In this document: positions 9,998-19,072 of the stretch, in pieces
How the letters are laid out: the number at the start of each line of letters is the position of its first letter
How positions within the stretch are numbered: position 1 is the stretch's first letter
Origin: an uncultured Chloroflexia bacterium
GTDB lineage: Bacteria > Chloroflexota > Limnocylindria > Limnocylindrales > CSP1-4
DNA: 64,000 nucleotides
Assembly (NCBI GenBank): GCA_963768655.1
Contig: CAVYIM010000008.1
Span: forward strand, 1-64,000
Reading direction: 5' to 3'
Position numbers and translations under genes: made by a program
The notes under the pieces: model-generated
Seen by the model: the letters and a program-made list of their open reading frames with translations, nothing else
Databases searched by the model: none
Told to the model about the DNA's origin: nothing

Positions 9998-10076
9998 CGT
10001 TTACCTCTGGTATACCGCGGGGTCACCATCTCGCCATAGTGTCGATCCCGGAGGGCTCCGCAGCGGGCTCGGCCGT

Positions 10077-10415
10077 TCATGGCTGGGCCGCCTTTTCGAG
10101 CTCCTCCTGGGCCGCGATCGCCTCGCGCAGGATGATCCGCAGGTTGGCCTTCTCGTGGTCGTCGAGCCCATCGAGCACGCCCGATGTCTGGGCCGCGTCT
10201 GCCGCGTGAGGCGACCCCGCCACCAGGGGCAAACGATGGGAACGCAGAAGCATCGCCGCGGGCTCGTACGAGGGCGTCCTGCGGGAGACGGCTTCGAGGG
10301 CCGCCACGTTCGCGAGCAGGGCCAGAGTCGGCTCATTGGCCAACTGCGGCCACGATCGCCGCGCACGACGGCCCGTGTCGGCCGACGGCGAAGCGTGTGT
10401 TGTTCGTCTAGCCAT
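10077..10415 (-). CDS. Hypothetical protein
   Basis: ATG overlaps the end of the methyltransferase; operon-like position. Confidence 0.45.
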   Translation of the reverse strand: MARRTTHASPSADTGRRARRSWPQLANEPTLALLANVAALEAVSRRTPSYEPAAMLLRSHRLPLVAGSPHAADAAQTSGVLDGLDDHEKANLRIILREAIAAQEELEKAAQP

Positions 10416-11641
10416 CGATGCGCTCCGCCGTCAGGCCGCTGAACCGCTCCCAGCGCCAAAGGACCACGTCGGCATAGATCGGGTCGATCTCGATCCCGGC
10501 ACAGATCCGGCCGGTCCGCTCGCAGGCGATGAGGGTCGAGCCTGAGCCCAGGAACGGATCGAGTACGAGATCGCCGGGCTCGGAGCTGTTGGCGATCGCC
10601 CGCTCCATCAACGCCAGGGGCTTCATGGTCGGGTGGAGCGGCGCATCGGCGGGTCTGGCTATCTCCCAGACGTCACCCTGATCGCGATCCCCGCACCAAT
10701 GATGGCTCGCTCCCTCTCGCCAGCCATACCAGATCGGCTCATATCCGCGTTGGTAGTCGGCGCGGCCGATGACGAAGCGGTCCTTGGCCCAGACGATGGT
10801 GTCGGACCAGTGGCCGCCCTCCTCGACGAGGACCCGCGAGACGAGCGGCATCTCCTTGCTCGACATGCAGCAGTAGATCGCACCCTCGACGCCGGCCAGC
10901 AACGTTCTCGCCCAGGCCCGCACGAAGGCTTCCCAGGCGATCGGGTCCATCGAGTCGTTGGCGATGCGGCGTCTTCGAGACCCCCGCTGGTGGCCGCCGT
11001 GGTCCCCGATGCTGACGTTGTATGGCGGGTCAGTGAAGACCATGCCGGCATGCTTGCCGGCCAGTGCCCGTTCGACGTCTTTCGGGCTTGGTGGCGTCGC
11101 CGGCCAGGAGGCGATGCTCACCTGGAGCCCACAGCTCTCCGGGCTTGGTCCGAGGTTCCCGGGTCGCCTCTTCGAGAGCGGAGTCGAGGTCGAAGTTCTC
11201 CGGGCGTTCGGCCTTCTCGCGGGTCTCCAGTCTGCGGAGTAGGTCGGCGATCTCGTCCTCTCCGAACCCCGAGAGGGAGAGATCGATGGTCGGGCTGGAT
11301 TGCAGGTCAGCCAGGAGCCTGGCCAGGAGCTGCTCGTCCCAGGAGCCGGAGATCCGATTGAGCGCCAGGTTCAGGAGGCGGGCCTGCTCGGCCGAGAGGT
11401 CCAGGTAGGTCACAGGGACGGTGGTCAGCCCCAGCCGGCGCGCGGCAACCAGACGCTGGTGACCCCCGATGACGGTGCCGTCCTCCTTCCGCGCCAGGAC
11501 CGGCTCGACGAAGCCGAACTGGCGGAGGCTGCGCGTGAGCGCTTCGAGCTCCTCCTCGCTGATCCGTCTCGGGTTCGCGGGATCGGCGCGGAGCTGGTCG
11601 ATCGGGACCTGCTCGACCGCCAGGAGCGTCGTGCCGGTCAT
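10408..11641 (-). pseudogene. ParB-N domain + N6/N4 DNA methyltransferase fusion, frameshifted
   Basis: NPRRI..FGFVEPV..IGGHQR (ParB); TDPPYN, HPTMKP and LDPFLGSGST (MTase); extra A near 11080-11082 in GDATKPE/DVER. Confidence 0.85.
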
Positions 11642-11739
11642 GCCGATCTGACCCTTGCTGCGGCCAGCCACTCATCGCGGCCTTCGATCGGAATGCGGCA
11701 GGCGGTTAACGCGGGTCCGTCACCCTCCGGGCGCGCCAC
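11638..11739 (-). other. Cryptic frame VARPEGDGPALTACRIPIEGRDEWLAAARVRSA*, with att core at 11723-11738
   Basis: Manual translation; its TGA overlaps the ParB-MTase ATG (ATGA). Confidence 0.6.
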
Positions 11740-11784
11740 TTACTCGGGTAGGTCAATGGCAACCCGTTGGCGTAGGTTGAGAAG

Positions 11785-12291
11785 TCAGGGGTCGAAGCGC
11801 CACCGCGTAGCGCCGCCCGGCTCAATAGTTAGCACGCCGAAGACCGTTGTCGGAGCGACAGCGTAGAGGTCCCATGGCGGAGGGCCGGCGCTCGGCGCAC
11901 TGAATTCGTATGTGAAGGCCCCATCTTTGACGGTGGCCGGCCAGCCCTGGTCCGCGTAGCGTTTCGCGAGTCGCTCGAGGGTGCTGTCGTCCGTCACTCG
12001 TTCAGCTATACCCTCGACGACGAGGTCGATGCCCGTCAGGGACATTGAGATCACGCAGTTGGCGTTCCCGGCGAGGTTCTGGCTCTTGCGAGTCCCGGCG
12101 CCACTCACGAAGTAGATCTTGCCGCTATCCCAGATTGCGCCAACCGCCGCGACATGTGGACGGCCGTCCGGGCGGGTCGTCGCAAGGAATGGTGTCTGGG
12201 TCTTGGGTTTGGCCGACTCGAGTGCCTCCAGCGCCCGCGACCACGGGATAGGATCGAGGCCGTAAAGATCGGCGAGGTTCTTCTGTTTCAT
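11785..12291 (-). CDS. Pyridoxamine 5'-phosphate oxidase-like (FMN/F420 split-barrel) protein
   Basis: FLATTRPDGRPHV...RKSQNL..N..C motif. Confidence 0.85.
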   Translation of the reverse strand: MKQKNLADLYGLDPIPWSRALEALESAKPKTQTPFLATTRPDGRPHVAAVGAIWDSGKIYFVSGAGTRKSQNLAGNANCVISMSLTGIDLVVEGIAERVTDDSTLERLAKRYADQGWPATVKDGAFTYEFSAPSAGPPPWDLYAVAPTTVFGVLTIEPGGATRWRFDP

Positions 12292-12497
12292 GTCGCTGCC
12301 CCCCAACGAGGTCCGTCGGATTGGGCCGCGACAGACGGTCCCAATATCCCCTTGAAGTGGTCCCGATCAGCATTGCCCATGCCGGGGTTGACGTAGTTTG
12401 GCGCAAGCAACTCGTCGACGAGATGGACCTTGCCGCCCTGCAAGACCTCGGTGATGAAGCGGCTGACAACGGCCTTGTTCTCTACCGATGACGCCAT
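12288..12497 (-). pseudogene. Truncated SnoaL/ester-cyclase family gene
   Basis: ENKAVVSRFITEVLQGG..VDELLAPNYV N-terminus; similarity lost after about 52 aa. Confidence 0.6.
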
Positions 12498-12736
12498 AGC
12501 GTCCTTTCTGGGTTGGTGACCCGCCCGGGGCGGTCGGTCTCGCTCTTGGCCCTGCGCGGCGGTCGAAGCGACCGTTATGGAGACGCCGCGCTGGTGGGAG
12601 ATATTGCTCCCTGCCTCCTCCCGGTCGGCGGAGTATGCACGGCTCGACCCAGGTCGAGTAACGAAGATCCACCTGCCGGGCGTTGGTGCCAGTGTGCCTG
12701 TTGGGTGCCATTATTCCGTGCGGGGATAGGGCAGAG

Positions 12737-12826
12737 CTACGCGGCCAGTAGCACCTCGACCAGTTCCTTAGTGCCCTCAATCACGATGGTTGGTGGAGTG
12801 CGTTCGGTTCCCTCCGGGCGCGCCAC
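12737..12826 (-). other. Cryptic frame VARPEGTERTPPTIVIEGTKELVEVLLAA*, with att core at 12810-12825
   Basis: Manual translation; homologous to 2875..2964. Confidence 0.65.
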
Positions 12827-12918
12827 TCATTCGGGTAGTGACTGAAAACCCAAAGGCATAGGCCCCGGGTGAGCGCATGCATGTGAGATTCGGCCGTCAG
12901 TAGCTGGAGAGTGCGCGG

Positions 12919-13679
12919 CTACCAAGGGTCCACGGAACCTCGAAGGTCGAAGCCGAGGCTGGTGTAGGCAGCGGTGCGCTTGGAATGCATTCGCGCCAGG
13001 ACCGGGATCCTGTAGTCCACGTAGTCATGTACCTCGACCCGCGTCTTGCCCTCGACCGGCCTGAGCACGCGGCCGACGTACTGGACGATTCGGCCCCGGA
13101 AGGCGATCGGAAACGCTACAAACAGCGTGTCCAGCGGCGGACAATCAAAGCCCTCGCCCAGGAGACTGCCGGTGGCCACGAGCAGCGCGCCATCTCCGGG
13201 CTGCGTCGCTGCGAGTCGATCGACGATCGCTCGTCGCTCTTTTCTGCCGATGCCTCCGACCAGGACGTCTGGGCGAACTCCCATTTCCTCAAGTCGATCG
13301 CGGATAAGGTCCACATGCTGCTTCCATTGAGAGAGGACGAGGCAGTTGCGGCCCGACTGCACGGCCGCAGCGATGTCGCCACAGACCTGGCGAGTCCTAG
13401 CGTCATCCTCTACCAGCGCGCGGAAGGCGGCCTGGATGGTGGGAGGCACCTCGCTTGTGCCGGTGACCGCACTTGTGTGGTTGGTTGGATGGACGACTAG
13501 AGTGCGCACCACGCCCGCCGTCGCGCCTGGATCCCAGCTCATCCGATGTCGCACCGGCCCGCAGTACATGGTTATCAGTCCCTCGAGCCCGTCTCGGCGG
13601 TACGGCGTGGCGGTCAGTCCCAACCAGACCGGCGCGCCGATCTCGCGGACCACGCGCTCGAAGGTAACGGCAGGGACGT
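12919..13679 (-). CDS. AEP-primase/SF2 helicase copy 2, exon 2 (helicase C-terminal half)
   Basis: HVPAVTF...LGLTATPYRRDG (motif III), GEGFDCPPLD, QYVGRVLR (motif VI). Confidence 0.9.
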
Positions 13680-15897
13680 GTAGGGTCGGCGGCAGGACGC
13701 CGTGCGGCCTTTCGGCCGTCGGTCTTCCCACCGCCGCCCTCCGAACCGGACGTGCACGTTCTCGCGCATCCGGCTCTCCACGAACACACGAAGCAAGCGT
13801 TGTCATGCGAGCGCCTCTGCCAGCCAGCCGAGGAACGCCGGGTCCCCGCTCGATGCGCGCCGATGGCGCCAGGGAGCTTGGTCGGCGGGAGCCTCGGCCC
13901 ACGGGTCCGGAATGAACTGGCCCCGGTGGCGGTAGCGCAGGATGCGCATCGTCGCCGGGTTGTACAGGATCAATCCGCCGGCCCTGATCCTGTCCTTGCC
14001 GTAGTAGCGCCGACGGACCTGCTTCCAGGTCAACCGCGGGTGCTTCTTGCGAAGCCAGCGGATCACCCGCCACCAGGCGTAGTAGCCCAGGTAGGCGAAC
14101 GTCCGTTTGGCCGCGGTCCAGCGGAAGTAGGCCGCCCAGCCCCGAAGAACGGGGTTGAGGTTGCGCAACAGCGAGGCGAGATCCAGGCTGGTCGTGGAAC
14201 GGCCGGTGAGAGTCTTCACCCGTCGTTTCACCGAGGCCAATGCCTCGTCCGACGGATGCGGGAAGACGGGGCGTCGATGGCCCTTGGGCTTGCGGACAAT
14301 CCGCACACCGAGGAACACGAAGCCCGCGTCGATGTGAGCCAGACCGGTCTTCTCGGGCTTCAGATGGAGCCCGATTGACTCAACGCGCTCAGAGAGCTGC
14401 CCAAGGAGCGCCTCCGCCTGCTCGCGTGTCCCCTTGACGAGGACGACGAGGTCGTCAGCGAACCGGACAAGCCGGTACGTCGGCTGACCCTTTCGACGCA
14501 GATACTGGCGCAAACCCCGATAGCGGCTCATCGCCGCCCAGTCCGCCGCGTAGCGGCGATCAAGGGCGGTGAGCGCGATGTTCGCCAGCAGGGGCGAGAT
14601 GATCCCGCCCTGTGGCGTGCCCGTGACGGTCCGCTCGAAGCGTCCGTTCTCTCGCATCACTCCGGCCCGAAGGAACGCCCGCACGAGCGCCAGGACGCGA
14701 CGGTCTCCGATCCGGCGGCTGACCTCGGCCATCAACTGGCCGTGGTCGATCCGGTCAAAGCACGCCTCGATGTCCGCCTCGATGACCCACTCGTAGGCCG
14801 AGGGATCTTGAGCGAAGTGGACAATCTCGGCGATCGCGTCATGTGCCCTTCGGGCGGGCCGATAGCCGTAGGACGAGGGATAGAAGTCGGCCTCGAAGAT
14901 CGGCTCCAACACGAGTTTCAGGGCCATCTGGACGACCCGGTCGCGGAGCGTCGGTATCCCGAGGTAGCGGAGCTTGCCGCCACGCTTGGGGATCGCCCGC
15001 TCTCTGACCGGGACCGGCCGGAAGCGTCCGGAACGCAACTCGCTACGCAGTTCGGCCAGGAACGGCTCAACGCCGTGCCTGTGCTCAATGTGGTAGCGAG
15101 TCGTGCCGTCGATCCCGGCTGTACGTGACCCCTTGTTCTGGCTCACCCGCGACCAGGCCACGGCGAGCGTGGCCGGATCGCAAACCAGGTTCCACAGATC
15201 GCAGAACCTGCGCTCGGCGTCATCCGACGCCCACTTGTGCAGCTTGCGTTCGATGTGGAGTACCCGCTCCCAGGCCTCTTCGAGACCCAGACTCGGTGCG
15301 TCGGCATTCACCGGCGACCTCCTCCCATCAAGCGAACCTGCGTATTCGCTGCCGCCCTTCCCCATGTGGCCGGCTTTCCCGGCCTCCGAGTACTGCGGCG
15401 GCTCCGCCACGCTCCGGCAGTAACAGCGGACGGTGCACCTGCCCTGAGCCCGATCGCTCGGACCCGACGGGCACCGCCGGAGCGCTTCCCACGTTGACCA
15501 CTCACCGGTTGGCAGGATCGGTGTCCAGCTTTACCCCTGTGGCATCGCCAGTTGGCACCGCAACAAGCCGACTGGCCTCGATCATCCAAGTCACCGCTGA
15601 ACGACCGAGACGGCCTCCACTCACCGCGGAGGTTCGAGCACCACAACAGCCCATAGCCGCCAGGTTCGGGGCTGGTGACGAGTCGAGGGGCTTCAACCAC
15701 TGGTTCGGTTTCCCTGCACCTGTCTGCCTTGCTTGCGGGCACGGCACGCTGGCGGCGGCCGTCCCTACGTTGTCGGGGCTGCTCCCGCCCTTCTCCCCAC
15801 CTCGGGAGTCGGGCTGCCCCCAGCTTCTTCCGGCCGTCGCGGCGACCGGAGGTGGGCCTTTCATCCCACCCGGTGAAAATGGCGCCTCGTGGCGCAC
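13680..15897 (-). mobile_element. Group II intron (2218 nt) inserted in helicase motif II
   Basis: 5' GTGCG at 15897; domain V GAGCCGGATGCG..CACGTCCGGTTC near 13743-13777; domain VI ending CCGACCCTAC at 13680. Removal restores GAC GAA TGC CAC C/AC GTC (DECHHV) in frame. Confidence 0.93.
13803..15311 (-). CDS. ltrA: Group II intron reverse transcriptase/maturase (no HNH domain seen)
   Basis: AGIDG, LGIPTLRDR, SYGYRP, DIEACFDRI, GTPQGGIISPLLANI, RFADD, LNPVLRGW; RBS GGAGGAGG before GTG at 15311. Confidence 0.93.
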   Translation of the reverse strand: MNADAPSLGLEEAWERVLHIERKLHKWASDDAERRFCDLWNLVCDPATLAVAWSRVSQNKGSRTAGIDGTTRYHIEHRHGVEPFLAELRSELRSGRFRPVPVRERAIPKRGGKLRYLGIPTLRDRVVQMALKLVLEPIFEADFYPSSYGYRPARRAHDAIAEIVHFAQDPSAYEWVIEADIEACFDRIDHGQLMAEVSRRIGDRRVLALVRAFLRAGVMRENGRFERTVTGTPQGGIISPLLANIALTALDRRYAADWAAMSRYRGLRQYLRRKGQPTYRLVRFADDLVVLVKGTREQAEALLGQLSERVESIGLHLKPEKTGLAHIDAGFVFLGVRIVRKPKGHRRPVFPHPSDEALASVKRRVKTLTGRSTTSLDLASLLRNLNPVLRGWAAYFRWTAAKRTFAYLGYYAWWRVIRWLRKKHPRLTWKQVRRRYYGKDRIRAGGLILYNPATMRILRYRHRGQFIPDPWAEAPADQAPWRHRRASSGDPAFLGWLAEALA

Positions 15898-17536
15898 GGT
15901 GGCATTCGTCGACGATCACGAACCCATATCCAGAGGTCAGTTCGCGGATGTCCTCCCGGCGCGCCAGCGACTGCACCATCGCGACATCGACGACGCCCCG
16001 CAGACGGCCAGCTCCGCCACCAAGCGTGCCGATCTGGCGGCGTTTGAGACCGAGATGCTCCTGCAGGCGCTCGCGCCACTGCTCGGCGAGGGGCTGGCGA
16101 TCGACGAGTACGAGCGTGCTGGTCTCCCGCTGGGCAATCAGGGCGCAGCCAACGACTGTCTTGCCTGTGCCCGGCGGTGCGACAAGAACGCCGAGCTCGT
16201 GACGGCGCAGCTCATCGAACGCGACTTGTTGGTCGGCGTCGAGCACAGCGCCGAGGCGAACCTCAATGGTCCGGGCGGCCCAGGCGGTCTCACGTACTTC
16301 CAGATGGCTGCCGGCCTCGACGGCAAGAGACACAGCAGCGTCACGCAGGCCCCGCGGCAGCAGGAGCTGGTCGATCGACTCTTCGTAGCAGCGGATCAGC
16401 CGCGGCGTGTTCCAGGTCGAGAGGCGCAGGCGCTCCTTCTCGTAGTACTCAGGGTTGTGGAGAGAGGCCAGATGCTTGAGAGCCGCGACGAGTGCAGGAG
16501 GTAGGCCGATGCGATCAATCGCGAGCATCGCACCGGCCACGGCCAGAATCTTGTCGGGCGGTTTCGGTCCGTCCCCGCGGAACGGGCGACGGTAGGTCGG
16601 TTCGACCGGGCCGGTTGCAACCTCGCGAAGCTGCTGCGCGAGACGGTTCACCCCGCTCACAGAGGTCCGTTGGAGACCCGAGAGGAAGGCGAACTGATCG
16701 TCGTGCGGCGTAAGGGAGTCGTCGAGGAACACGGTCGTGCCGCCTTTACGACAAGTGCCCTGAAGCGGAAGTGCAATCAGGTTGCCGAACGAGCCTTTCG
16801 GCATGAAGTCCTGCGCCGGGAACAAGCGGTCATAACTCGCGAGGTCGAGTTCGGCGCGGATGGTCATTGCTTCTCGGAGCAGATGGGCGCCGATCCTGCG
16901 TGCGGCGGATGCTGGAACTGCTCCCGCGAAAAGGATCCAAACATGGGCGCCGTCGCCCGAACGCGAGCGCTCGAGCGCGGCGTCGAACCCCAACGCCCGG
17001 GCGGCGTCCTGGTAGGCTCGCGCGTCCAGCGGCCAGGTCGACCCGTCGAAGTCGCACGCCAGCATGCGGCAACTGTCATTTGGCAGCAACGGATACAGAC
17101 CGACGTGAATGCGGCCAGACAGATGGGCCTCGATGACTTCGTCGCTGAGCGGGAGATATGTGCGGTCAGGCTTTCTTGCGTTGGCTGGCCCGCCCACAAC
17201 CGCAGGGCTCCAGCCCGACTTGCCCGTGCGAGAGTTGTCCCATCGAGTGGCGTAGACATCGTCACGCCCGTAGAACAGGGCTCTAAACACCCCGATCTTC
17301 GCCGCGGCCGACGACCTGGCATCGAGCTTTGGAAGGGGAGCGACATCACCATCGCCGAAAAGGGTCGTGCCGCCGGCAGCGAGCTCCGGAGTCCACCGCG
17401 GAGGCGGAGTATCGACGTTGTCGGCGCGCGTTCCGATCATCTCGCGAAGCCGCGCGTTCTCTGCCCGGAGAAGATCGGTCTCGCGCTCGAGGTCGTCCCG
17501 TGAGCGCACAGGAATGTGGCCTGAACGATCAGCCAC
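15898..17536 (-). CDS. AEP-primase/SF2 helicase copy 2, exon 1 (spliced product 799 aa)
   Basis: ACDFDG, ERSRSGDGAHVW and GNLIALPLQ (AEP); APPGTGKT Walker A; VIVDECH Walker B at the exon end. Confidence 0.9.
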
Positions 17537-17584
17537 TGGCTGCGTGGGTGCCGCTGGTGCCCGGGAACCCGGACCAACAAGCCC

Positions 17585-18856
17585 TCATGGGCAAAGGGAT
17601 CCGACCGGAATGACGTGCACCCCGTCGGGACGCGTGTAGGCGTAGCCGGTGGAAGTGATTACTCCCAGCGCGAGCGGCGGCCCGATCTTCGAGGTATCGA
17701 CGCGTTCGTCGGCCAGCTTGCGCAGGTGCTTAGCGGCTTCATCGACCTGGTTGAGGCCGATCGTGACCTCGAACGCGGCCCAGCGACCATCGGCAAGCTC
17801 GATGACCGCGTCTGCTTCCAGCTCGGTGTTGTCCCGGTAGTGGAAAACGGAGGCTTCGATCGCCTGGGCATATACGCGCAGGTCCCTGATGACCATGTTC
17901 TCGAAGTAGAACCCGAGTGTGTTGGGATCGCGCAGCAGAGCCTCATCGTTGATTGCGAGTGCGGCGACTGCAAGAGATGGATCGACGAAGTACCGAATTG
18001 GTGCTCCCCGCAACCGACTACGAGAACGTAGGTTCGGACTCCAGGCCGGCAGCTCGTCGATCACCATCAGGCGCGCGAGCGTGTCGAGGTAGCCTGAAAC
18101 GGTCTCCGGTTTTCTCGTGCCGTCGGAGCCGTTCACGTCCGCGGTGATTGTGTTTAGTGACGCCGCGGACCCGACGTGTCGGGCGTAGGACGAGAGGAGC
18201 TTCCGGACGAGCGCCGAATCGCGTTGGCGGCCACCGCTTGCTCGGTCCACGTCGGCCCGGGCAATCTCGCCCACATAGCCGCGCATCGCCCGCAGCGCAC
18301 GAAAGGTCGAGAGTTCCAGCAGCTGAGGCCAGCCGCCTCTGGAGACCAGGTCCGCGACATCGCGGATGGTGAGCCCCGAGTCGCCCGCACGGACGGGTGC
18401 CCCATCGAGGACTTCGGCGAACGAGACCGTTGCGGTCGATCGCCCGAGTTCATAGATCGTCATCGGACGCATCCTCAGCCGCAGGAACCGTCCGGCGCCT
18501 ACATGTCGCGTCTCGTCGTCAGGTGGTACGGCTGAGCCTGCCAGGATGAAAAGGCCGGTTACTCCGCGATCGTCGACGGCTCTGCGTACGGCATCCCAGA
18601 CATCCTTGACTCGCTGCCACTCGTCGATCAGGCGGGGATTGTCCCCCACAAGAGCCAGCGATGGGTCCAGCTCGGCTGCGGCACGGGCTTGGGCATCCAC
18701 ATCAAAGCGCACCTGGCTGCGTGCGATCTGGCTGGCTGTCATGGTTTTGCCGACCGACTTGGGCCCCTCGACGAGCACGGCGCCAACGCTTGCGAGCGCT
18801 TCGCGTAGCTCCGAGTCCACTACGCGCGGTCGATACTCGGGCATTCGCTCCTTCAC
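17585..18856 (-). CDS. AAA_14 + DUF4143 ATPase, copy 2 (intact frame)
   Basis: GPKSVGKT, LIDEWQ, GGWP, YFVDP and EADAVIE...AFEV motifs. Confidence 0.9.
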   Translation of the reverse strand: MKERMPEYRPRVVDSELREALASVGAVLVEGPKSVGKTMTASQIARSQVRFDVDAQARAAAELDPSLALVGDNPRLIDEWQRVKDVWDAVRRAVDDRGVTGLFILAGSAVPPDDETRHVGAGRFLRLRMRPMTIYELGRSTATVSFAEVLDGAPVRAGDSGLTIRDVADLVSRGGWPQLLELSTFRALRAMRGYVGEIARADVDRASGGRQRDSALVRKLLSSYARHVGSAASLNTITADVNGSDGTRKPETVSGYLDTLARLMVIDELPAWSPNLRSRSRLRGAPIRYFVDPSLAVAALAINDEALLRDPNTLGFYFENMVIRDLRVYAQAIEASVFHYRDNTELEADAVIELADGRWAAFEVTIGLNQVDEAAKHLRKLADERVDTSKIGPPLALGVITSTGYAYTRPDGVHVIPVGSLCP

Positions 18857-19072
18857 ACCCCGTTGCCGGGCCGCTCATGTCTTTGGCCCTCGGATTGTGA
18901 CCCGTAGCTCCGCTCAGGTCAAGCGGGCCAAGGGGTCCTTAGCAATGGCGTCGGGAGGTCGTTAGCAACGCCATCAGGCAGTCGTCTGCAATCTTCGCAA
19001 AGCAGTCTGCCGAACGGGTCGCGTCGCCGGGCCCGGTTGGGCGATGCCCTCGCGGCGAACTGCGCGGATGGG

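Noticed and set aside
11070-11090. Programmed frameshift in the ParB-MTase
   Set aside because: No convincing slippery heptamer; a simple +1 mutation or sequencing error is more likely.
15308-17536. 742-aa ORF as a complete protein (and the 384-aa ORF 12919..14073)
   Set aside because: Both include read-through into intron sequence; the real gene is the spliced product.
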